Source of the DNA: Candidatus Lokiarchaeum ossiferum
GTDB lineage: Archaea; Asgardarchaeota; Lokiarchaeia; Sigyniarchaeales; Promethearchaeaceae
NCBI GenBank assembly: GCA_025839675.1
Contig: CP104013.1
Span: 4,770,001 to 4,802,000, forward strand
Length of the DNA: 32,000 nt
Direction: 5' to 3'
Shown here: positions 24,315 to 31,989 of the stretch, one piece after another
How the letters are laid out: the number at the start of each line of letters is the position of its first letter
How positions within the stretch are numbered: the stretch's first letter is position 1
Notes under the pieces: model-generated
Databases searched by the model: none
The model's input: the letters and a program-made list of their open reading frames with translations, nothing else
Told to the model about the DNA's origin: nothing
Translations under genes and position numbers: made by a program

Positions 24315-25205
24315 TTATTCAACCTTTGGTTCTTTATTCAATGAAGATTCCCCTTTTTCATCCGATTTCCCTTCTTCTGACTTCCCATCAAGTATCTCTT
24401 TGGGTTCCAGTTTGGGTTCGGGTTTTGGTTCTGATTTGGGTGGAGGGGGGGTTTTCTTAGAGATAATTACTTTTGCCGGACGAATAACCTCACCGTCCAT
24501 TTTATATCCCTTTTGAACAACTTGAATCACGGTATCTTCCTTTAAATCATCGTTGATTGTTTGCATTAAAACTTCATGCTGTTTATAATCGAAAGGAATG
24601 TTCACGTCTTCTATAGGGGTGACTTTGTAATTATTAAAAATTGATTTAAGATTGTTGTTAATCGCTTCAAATCCTTTGATGAAATTCGTGACTTGACAAT
24701 TTTCAGCGTCCACACTTTTTTCTAATGCTGCTCGGTTTTTGAAGGCCATTTCAAAACTATCGATGATAGGAGTAAAAGATGTGATTACTCTCATTCTTGT
24801 GCGATTTTCTGCCATTTTTTGCTGTTTTATATAATGCTTCCGCATATTTTCAAGTTCAGCCTGTAAGAAAGCAAATTTGGTTTGGTGTTCCTTAATTTCT
24901 TTGTCTTTTTTCTTGATTTCATCTTGAAGTTTTTCCACCTCTGTTTTTTTGGGTTCTTTTTTCTTCTTCTCTTTCTTTTGTTTCTCATTCTTATTTGTAT
25001 CAGAAGAATTTTGTTCGGTGGGATCTTGTTTGGCGGGAGTTTCTTCAGGGGTGGCCTGCGGAACTTCATCCTCAATTTGAGTTAAAACCTTATTAATTTT
25101 CTCTTTTGATTCTTCGAAATCCGGTTTTTCCTTAGAAGTTGGTTGTTCCATTTTCAAAAGTATATAAGGAAGAATATGATTTAAATTTTTCCTAATTGAC
25201 AACAA
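24315..25205 (-). CDS. grpE: GrpE nucleotide-exchange factor with K/E-rich N-terminal and P/K/E-rich C-terminal tails
   Basis: 296-aa ORF with a probable start at ATG 25151 (MEQPTSKEK). It has the long coiled-coil helix (LQAELENMRKHYIKQQKMAENRTRMRV) and the beta-domain FDYKQHEVLMQ...VIQVVQKGYKMDGEVIRPAKVIISK (family pattern fdP..HeAv......V..v.qkGY.l.grvlRpA.V.V.k). Confidence 0.85.
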   Translation of the reverse strand: MLSIRKNLNHILPYILLKMEQPTSKEKPDFEESKEKINKVLTQIEDEVPQATPEETPAKQDPTEQNSSDTNKNEKQKKEKKKKEPKKTEVEKLQDEIKKKDKEIKEHQTKFAFLQAELENMRKHYIKQQKMAENRTRMRVITSFTPIIDSFEMAFKNRAALEKSVDAENCQVTNFIKGFEAINNNLKSIFNNYKVTPIEDVNIPFDYKQHEVLMQTINDDLKEDTVIQVVQKGYKMDGEVIRPAKVIISKKTPPPPKSEPKPEPKLEPKEILDGKSEEGKSDEKGESSLNKEPKVE

Positions 25206-25363
25206 AAGGTTGGCTTATCACAAAAACAGTCTTCGAGTGAGAAAATATCGTTATTTATATATTAATCATTTTCCTAACTCAAATTTTTTTGGCTTTTTTC
25301 TTTTCCCGTTTGGAAGGTAACCCATATAGCATCACTAAATGAAGTAAATTATAGTGATGACTT

Positions 25364-27088
25364 TTGGCTGAAAATAACGAAAACAATACTACTCTGTCTG
25401 ATTCTCAACAACCAGAAACTGAAAAAAAATCATCGAAAAAGCAAAAACTCAAGAAATTTCAATTCTTTCCTAAAAAACGAAAGTGGGAAGAAAATTATGA
25501 TACAAATGGGGAATTTATTTCCAGATCACAAGATCGATTAACTCTTTATTCCGACTATTATGGACCCATTATTGAAGATAAAAACGGTCATAAAGCGGGT
25601 AAATTTTTCTTTGAAGAATACTATGAGTTAGGTCACATCCATCGATTTGGTGAATTTCTGTTAGTTCTGCTTTTTGGAATCTATTTTGCTTATGGGGGAT
25701 ATAACCTATATTATCTTGGTGGAGTTGTGCGTGATGCCTATGCAGATCTCGGTCTAAGTTTAACAACTGATTATGCTGAATATATGATATTTGTTCTCTA
25801 TATTATCCTCATTATCATTGGAATCTGGATATTATCATTAATCATTTCATATATCTTTGTAAGAATTTTTGCAGAAATTGCCGGAATTTTAATGTATATG
25901 CTTGTAATCATCGAAATTGGGTTATTGGTTCTTTTATACATCAAAATTGATTGGGAGTACAACTGGATTTTTATAGTTGCAGTGGTTCCCAATGTTCTCA
26001 TGTTGACATTTTGGTATAAAAAATTTAAAAAAGCAATTTATACCATTCGCATGAGCAGCATTGCTGTTGCAAAACAGCGGGAAATTTTGACTCCTCAAAT
26101 TACTCAAACACTATGGATTTTAGTTTTAGGCTTTTTCCATATTGTCACTTCCTTGGAAACCTTTTTGGATATTACTCCTATATCTGGAGCGACCTTTGAA
26201 CTCCAAGGAAAAGCAATTGAAGTCTCCAAGGGATGGATCTACTTTGGTTACACCGCTCTCTTCGTATTCTGCATTTTCACGATCTATTTTGTTTCTCAAG
26301 GTATGAAAATGCTCATGGTCCATAATTGGTATCGGGGAGGAGGAAGTTTGGGTTTCGGTAAAGCATATGGAATTATTCGCAAGCGATGGTGGGGAATTAT
26401 GGGCTATGCTTTCAATTCAACGCTCGTTCATATGGTTCAAGCATTTCGAAAAATGATCAAAGGAGAGTTTGGTCCTCAGAACATTAAAGAATGTTTTACT
26501 CAGACAGGAGAAATCATCCCGACTCAAGTAAATGCTCTTCGAACAAAAAAAAATACACCTTGGTATGAACGGGTGTGGATGAGTTTAAATTTCTATACAT
26601 TGCCTGCAATAGTGATTGAAAATCGTCTTTATCATCGGGCTCTCCTTCGTTCGTTGTTTTTGTCTATTCGTGATATCCCTTCTCGGTATATTAAAGCATC
26701 CAAAGTTAATGTCCTATTCAATTTTGTTAAATATGCCTTAATCATAATTAATGGCTGTATTGGTGCGTTAGTTGGGTATACATTTGCCAGTTTGTATGGT
26801 TTTCCTGAATTCACGACTTATATTATCACAGGACTTGCCGTGCCCGTTTTTATTTGGGTCGGAGGTGGAACAGCAACATTAATTGTAAATGATTTAAATA
26901 ATACTTATATCACTTTGCTGTATATCCACACAGTTGATGATTTGAATAACAAGGAACATTTCACGCTAAATGAGTTACAGAAATTAAAGGGTGATACATC
27001 CGTAGTGGTTGAAAAACCCAAATGGTACCAATTCAAAAAGAAACAGCAATTTGAAGAAGATGTATCAGTCGATCCAGACCAAAAATAG
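25364..27088 (+). CDS. Polytopic membrane protein, collinear by eye with the CTL/SLC44/Pns1 (choline-transporter-like) family
   Basis: 574 aa. The TTG start at 25364 is forced, because in-frame stops lie immediately upstream and the first in-frame ATG falls after TM1. It has a hydrophilic K-rich N-terminus and about 10 hydrophobic helices. Blocks resembling CTL-family conserved segments are [83 protein letters not shown] and [18 protein letters not shown]. The CDS call is confident. The family call is tentative. Confidence 0.5.
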   Translation: [574 protein letters not shown]

Positions 27089-27099
27089 AATTTGGTTAC

Positions 27100-27109
27100 T
27101 TTTTTTTTT
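27100..27109 (+). terminator. Oligo-T (T10) tract after the membrane-protein gene
   Basis: The T10 run starts 12 nt after the stop at 27088. Confidence 0.4.
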
Positions 27110-27114
27110 GAATT

Positions 27115-27555
27115 TTAATTACAAATAATGGGTAAGAGTTCATCTCGAATTTTACTTTGATCTTCTTCCTCTAAATCCTGAAAATTCTGGTATATTCCCG
27201 TATGACCTTTCCCAAATAAACTTAAAATCAGAATAATCGTATTTTTTGCAATATCACCAATTTTTTGTTGCTCTTGTTCGTCATTTTCCAATTTTAACTC
27301 CGTTAGAATGGATACAATTTCACGAGATGCAAAGGTTTCAAAATTCTTTATATCATTGAATTCCATTTTTTCCATATATTTCTCAAGGATTTGTTCATAA
27401 TACTGGGTTTCATCTTGAAATTTTAAGGGATTCATTTTTTTCATATCCGGATTTGGCATTTTTTTTGGGAACGAGAAGTGCAATTTTTGGTGTAAACCAT
27501 ACAATGCAAAACACCTACGTAACTTTCTAAGATCCTTATAACAATTTTCTAACAA
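27115..27555 (-). CDS. Hypothetical small helical acidic protein
   Basis: The ORF is 146 aa from TTG 27555. ATG 27459 (MPNPDMKKMNPLKFQ..., 114 aa) is the more plausible start. I could defend no recognisable family motif. Confidence 0.4.
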   Translation of the reverse strand: MLENCYKDLRKLRRCFALYGLHQKLHFSFPKKMPNPDMKKMNPLKFQDETQYYEQILEKYMEKMEFNDIKNFETFASREIVSILTELKLENDEQEQQKIGDIAKNTIILILSLFGKGHTGIYQNFQDLEEEDQSKIRDELLPIICN

Positions 27556-27879
27556 TAATTCTAATTATTGAATCCACATGTTATTCTCGGAACATTCTCG
27601 AAGTATTTGCGAAGTATGACTTACGGAATTTTTGAACGTGATCTTACTTTTTCTGTTTTTTTTTAAGATTTCTATTTCATTCGAAACTTTCTCTGTGGAA
27701 GAAATCCTAACATGATTATATATATCAACTAGTTTAGAAACTCTCCAATACTTTGTTTTTATAGATCTATATCAATTCCGACATTTTTGGTATCTATCTC
27801 TTTACTTCTTTTATATTCTACTCTTCATTGCAAAATTCATATTACACCATTGTCTTAATGAATTGGATTTGCAAAGTGT

Positions 27880-29679
27880 ATGAAGGAATCAAATGTAATT
27901 ATAAAACCATGGCGGGATGATTATCTGAAAATTGGATTAGTCTATCCAAATTCTTATTCTGCGATGGCGGGTTTGACAATTCAAACGCTTTATAATATGT
28001 GGAATTCCCATCCCAATATCATTTGCGAACGATTTTTTCTTCCTTCTCCCGAATTTTCTTTAACTGATTCCAAACAATTGAAAGGCCATCGTTCGAATAA
28101 AAAAAAACAATTTATTTCAAGTTCTTTAAGGACTGGTGATGATTTCACGCATAATCATCCTGGACAACATCAACCGATGATCCGCAGTTTGGAAAACAAC
28201 ATGCCCTTAGTTTCTTTTGATATTATTGCAGTGTCCCTTTGCTATGAAATGGATTATCCAAATTTATGTTGGATTCTAGAAAATTCTCATATTCCTGTAT
28301 TTCGGAAAGATCGAATAAATGCGACCTCAGAAATGGAAGAGCTGATTGATTATAAAAATTATCCTCTCATCTTGGTGGGGGGGCACGTGATTCGCTCTAA
28401 TCCACTTCCCATAGATTCCATTTTCGATGCTGCATTCATCGGGGAAATTGAACCTATGAATGAGAAATTAATCGAGGCTTGGTTTTCTGCAAAGGATGAT
28501 ATTTCAAACACTTCCTATTTGATGATTCAGAATGACTTTTTAAAATCTATCAACAAACTGCGGGGATTTTGGATACCTTGGCTCCGTCCGTTGCAAGATG
28601 ATCCCCATATTTCTCGAGTCTATGTCAAAAATTTAGATTTAAATCCGCATCCAATTTCCCAAATTATTCCTCATTTTTCATCTTCAGAATCCAATTCTCT
28701 GCCTTTTGGAGAATCATTATTTGTTGAAGTCAATCGAGGATGTCCGCATTTTTGCCGATTTTGCATGACTGGGTCACAAATCAAACCCTTTCGGAATCGT
28801 TCCCTATCAGTTTTACAAAATATCATTCAAAAGGGATTAACGGCGACCAAAGTAAAAAAAGTCGTCTTAATAGGGTCATCCGTGACCGATCATCCTCAAT
28901 TTTTGGAATTATGTAATTTTTTGATTGATCTTAATATCGAGTTTTCTATCCCTTCAATCCGCATTGAAACTTTAACACTCCCTATGGCAAAAGCGTTGGT
29001 GAAGGGAGGTATGCGTACGGTGGCAGTTGCTCCTGAAACAGGTTCTGATAGATTGAGGAAAACTATCAATAAACGTATTTCGAATTTACAAATTTTAAAA
29101 GGGGCCAAAATTCTCTTGGATGCTGGGATTCCTAATATTAAATTGTACATTTTATATGGGCTGCCCCATGAAAATGATTCCGATTTGGATGCCATAGTGT
29201 CCTTGGCCAAATCTATTGCAAAATTGGGATATGGAAAGAGTGGAGTTAGGTTGAGTGTGAACCCCTTTATTCCAAAATCCCATACTCCCTATGAATCATC
29301 AATAGAGTTGTATCTTGATGCTAAAATGGCTCGATTCAAGGAAAAATTGGCCCGGATTTATGTCCCACTTAAAGGTGATAAACAAATCAAATTCGAAACT
29401 TTACCTTTGGAAGAAGCTTACCTACAAACTTTATTTTCGCTTGGAGATTCTTCTTTTGTAACATTTATCTATGAGTGTTATCAACATGGGTTAAGTATAA
29501 AGAAATGGTATCGGTTTGCCAAGGCAAAGCAAAATGCTTATGCTGGTCTTCATCAAGATTACTTACAAAAGGTTGCTGAGAGTTCTTTTGGGGGCCATCC
29601 ATGGAATTTCATCGATCAAAACCTTCCTCCCCGCCTCCTTCAAAGAGAATTTGAGAAAAGTTTTATTAAGGATAACTAA
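27880..29679 (+). CDS. Radical SAM enzyme with N-terminal B12-binding-like/Rossmann-like module
   Basis: 599 aa. The CxxxCxxC cluster motif is NRGCPHFCRFCMTG. The N-terminus KPWRDDYLKIGLVYPNSYSAMAGLTIQTLYNMWN resembles the uncharacterised radical-SAM subfamily that begins ...l.valvfPd.Y.vgmsnlgl.iLy..ln. Confidence 0.8.
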   Translation: MKESNVIIKPWRDDYLKIGLVYPNSYSAMAGLTIQTLYNMWNSHPNIICERFFLPSPEFSLTDSKQLKGHRSNKKKQFISSSLRTGDDFTHNHPGQHQPMIRSLENNMPLVSFDIIAVSLCYEMDYPNLCWILENSHIPVFRKDRINATSEMEELIDYKNYPLILVGGHVIRSNPLPIDSIFDAAFIGEIEPMNEKLIEAWFSAKDDISNTSYLMIQNDFLKSINKLRGFWIPWLRPLQDDPHISRVYVKNLDLNPHPISQIIPHFSSSESNSLPFGESLFVEVNRGCPHFCRFCMTGSQIKPFRNRSLSVLQNIIQKGLTATKVKKVVLIGSSVTDHPQFLELCNFLIDLNIEFSIPSIRIETLTLPMAKALVKGGMRTVAVAPETGSDRLRKTINKRISNLQILKGAKILLDAGIPNIKLYILYGLPHENDSDLDAIVSLAKSIAKLGYGKSGVRLSVNPFIPKSHTPYESSIELYLDAKMARFKEKLARIYVPLKGDKQIKFETLPLEEAYLQTLFSLGDSSFVTFIYECYQHGLSIKKWYRFAKAKQNAYAGLHQDYLQKVAESSFGGHPWNFIDQNLPPRLLQREFEKSFIKDN

Positions 29680-29715
29680 GAAGAAAAGTAAAATGAATGG
29701 CGGTTAAACATTAAT

Positions 29716-30231
29716 TTAATCGTCAAAGAGATCGCGGCGTAATCCAAAGGGACGTGTTTTAACTGGGCAAGATTCGTGTTCATTACAACAAATTGGGATG
29801 TAGGACCAGACTTTAAATTGATCCCAAGGGACTAAGACGTATTGCAACGATTGAGTTAAAGGGCATTGAGTTGCTAACTCGCGAATTGGTCCATCACATA
29901 ACATTTCTTTGTGGGATTTTTTTTGAGAAAAAATACACAATCCATCAGTAGGTCGAAATCCAAATAAGAATTGCTTATGGGGGATTACATGGGATGCTTT
30001 ATCGGCACTGATCACTTTGCGTTCATATAAAATTTCAACATGACCTGCATCAAAAGAAAATTTTATTGCTTTGTACATATCGTTTTGTTGATCGAGGGGA
30101 GTTAATCGTAAGACGTCGACAAAATCTTGTTCTATGGCCTCATCTATCATGCGTTCTAAATACTGCGGAAGTGCATCGGGTTCGTTGAATAGACTGGGCA
30201 TAGTGAAGTTTAACTCCATCAAATTTTTCAC
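29716..30231 (-). CDS. Hypothetical protein with C-terminal Cys/His cluster
   Basis: The ORF is 171 aa from GTG 30231. ATG 30219 is preceded by aggtga and is the likely start. Cys/His-rich segments are MLCDGPIRELATQCP and YIPICCNEHESCPV. No family recognised. Confidence 0.5.
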   Translation of the reverse strand: MKNLMELNFTMPSLFNEPDALPQYLERMIDEAIEQDFVDVLRLTPLDQQNDMYKAIKFSFDAGHVEILYERKVISADKASHVIPHKQFLFGFRPTDGLCIFSQKKSHKEMLCDGPIRELATQCPLTQSLQYVLVPWDQFKVWSYIPICCNEHESCPVKTRPFGLRRDLFDD

Positions 30232-30382
30232 CTAAATTGCACGATTTATGGCAATTTTGTTTTATGATTGATTAAAAACTAATGTTCTAATTTAAATTCT
30301 AGCATTTTGTTTTTATACGTGTCACGTCGAAATTTTTATATATATTAAAAGTAACATATATTGAGCACCTATTTAAAGCTAA

Positions 30383-30413
30383 CCCACTTTCGACAAAAAA
30401 AATTTGAGGTGGG
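30383..30413 (-). terminator. Short hairpin (cccac/gtggg) with a T8 loop on the minus strand, downstream of the GTPase pair
   Basis: The minus strand reads cccacctcaaattttttttgtcgaaagtggg. It begins 44 nt after the stop at 30457. Confidence 0.35.
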
Positions 30414-30456
30414 CGACTAAAAATTATAATTTTCTAAGAATTGATTTCCATAAATG

Positions 30457-31215
30457 TTAATCTTGCCAAATTCTTTCATTATCTTCAGGGTTCAACTCTT
30501 CATCAAGATTTTCTTGAAAACCGATCTTTTCTTTGTCTTGCTTGGGAGAATTTTCGGGAATCTCTGCCAAACCATCATCTTCTAAGTTAACATCAATTTT
30601 ATCATCGGGAAGTAATTTCATAGAGACTAATTCGGATCCATGTTGGACTCGGGACGATGTGACCGATATCTGTAATGAAGAAAGTACATAATTTAAGGTA
30701 AATTGGAAGCCTTTGTAAAAATCGGGTAGGATTGAAGTACCAAAAACGCGAATTTTATCCTTACCAAATTTTTTCTCAATGGCTAAGCGAATTGTGCTTA
30801 TTTTTTTTTCCCGCTTTTTATCAGAGGGAATTAAATCTATTTTGTGAAGCAGAACATACACGAACGGAATATCATAGCGAGATACGATGGTATTTAGCTG
30901 TTCCACCAACTCAAGTATTTTACGTTTCGAATGTCGACAATCGAAAATAATAAGTAATTCATCCGTTGCCGGAAAAATATATTCATTTTCTCTCTTAAAC
31001 CATGTTTCTAATTCTTGGCCAGCAAGGTCAAAAACTCCAATTTGTAAATTTCTCCATTGAAAATTAGAAACATCAATTCCTCGGGTTGGTTCAATAGAAC
31101 TTCTCAATATGACTTCAGGTTCGACATATCCAAAAGTAGTTAGGACAATCGAGGATTTACCACTCGCGGGAGGACCGACGAAAATTACTTTTTTTTCAAT
31201 TTCCATTATGATCAA
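30457..31215 (-). CDS. Rag/Gtr-like small GTPase (paralogue B), G domain plus short acidic tail
   Basis: 252 aa. The motifs are G1 VGPPASGKSS, switch I IEPTRG, G3 FDLAGQE, G4 in the Rag-type HKxD form (LLHKIDLI) and G5-like FGTSILPDFYKGF (RagA: FRTSIWDETLYKAW). The tail contains VNLEDDGLAEIP. Confidence 0.75.
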   Translation of the reverse strand: MIIMEIEKKVIFVGPPASGKSSIVLTTFGYVEPEVILRSSIEPTRGIDVSNFQWRNLQIGVFDLAGQELETWFKRENEYIFPATDELLIIFDCRHSKRKILELVEQLNTIVSRYDIPFVYVLLHKIDLIPSDKKREKKISTIRLAIEKKFGKDKIRVFGTSILPDFYKGFQFTLNYVLSSLQISVTSSRVQHGSELVSMKLLPDDKIDVNLEDDGLAEIPENSPKQDKEKIGFQENLDEELNPEDNERIWQD

Positions 31216-31245
31216 TTTTTTAAGGGATTAAAGGGTGCTTCTGGC

Positions 31246-31989
31246 TCAATCACGATCTCGTTCAATTTCCTGGATGGTTAAATCTTTTTTGACTGTTGCC
31301 ATTTCATTATATCCGTTTGGGTTGACCTTCGGGACTTCTGCTAAACTATCATCGTCTAAATTAACGCCAATAAATCCTGCTGTCCGTAAACTTTTTAGCA
31401 ATGCTTCGGAGACTGGAACTGCTCGGAGTTCTTTCATATTTCGGACAGATATTTCCAAGGCGGTAAGCATCCAATCCATTTGAAATTTGAATTTTCCAAA
31501 ATGATCTGGAAATAGTGAAGTAGCAAAAATTTTGATCCGATCCATTCCAAAGGTATCATCAATATTCTTTTTTAAAGTCGCAATATAAGTTTCCCGCTCG
31601 TTGATGGTTTTTGCTTTATCAATTTTATGTAAAATAAGGTAATAATAAGGGATTTTAAACTTTTTAACAATGGAGAGTAACACTTTTATTAACCCGACGA
31701 TTTTTTTCGGATTCATACCAAACTCAAAAACAATGAGAAGTTCATCAGTTCCTGGAAAAATGAAATCTTGTTCATTAGTAAGAAAGAAATTGAGTTCTTG
31801 GCCTGAGAGATCATGAACTCCAATATTGACATGCCCATAACGATAAACTGAGTTCTCCATTCCACGTGTGGGTTCTGCTGGTGATGCTAAAATCAAATCT
31901 GGTTCAACAGAACCAAAAATAGACAACAATATTGAAGTTTTCCCGCAGTTCGGGGGACCTAAAATAACGAGTTTTTTATCAGAATCCAT
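31246..31989 (-). CDS. Rag/Gtr-like small GTPase (paralogue A), G domain plus short acidic tail
   Basis: 247 aa. The motifs are G1 LGPPNCGKTS, switch I AEPTRG, G3 HDLSGQE, G4 LILHKIDKA and G5-like FATSLFPDHFGKF. The tail contains VNLDDDSLAEVP. It is about 45% identical by eye to paralogue B over the G domain, and a 30-bp spacer separates it from the downstream paralogue. Confidence 0.75.
   Translation of the reverse strand: MDSDKKLVILGPPNCGKTSILLSIFGSVEPDLILASPAEPTRGMENSVYRYGHVNIGVHDLSGQELNFFLTNEQDFIFPGTDELLIVFEFGMNPKKIVGLIKVLLSIVKKFKIPYYYLILHKIDKAKTINERETYIATLKKNIDDTFGMDRIKIFATSLFPDHFGKFKFQMDWMLTALEISVRNMKELRAVPVSEALLKSLRTAGFIGVNLDDDSLAEVPKVNPNGYNEMATVKKDLTIQEIERDRD

Noticed and set aside
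24827-25085. 82-aa and 67-aa ORFs inside grpE.
   Set aside because: They are alternative-frame and antisense readings of the aag/aaa-rich K/E-coding tract of GrpE and give poly-K/R or poly-F/L peptides.
25354-25371. C-box-like gtgatga followed 7 nt later by D-box-like ctga (possible C/D sRNA or kink-turn).
   Set aside because: The spacing is far too short for a C/D box sRNA. No C'/D' boxes or terminal stem are present. The segment coincides with tandem stop codons and the forced TTG start of the membrane-protein gene. It is most likely chance.
27115-27555. Possible MazG-like all-alpha NTP pyrophosphohydrolase assignment for the 146-aa ORF (ILTELKLENDEQEQQKIGDIAKNTIILILSLF).
   Set aside because: The acidic residues do not fit the ExxE-(12-28 residues)-ExxD spacing of MazG. 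The resemblance is limited to a generic acidic helix followed by a hydrophobic helix.
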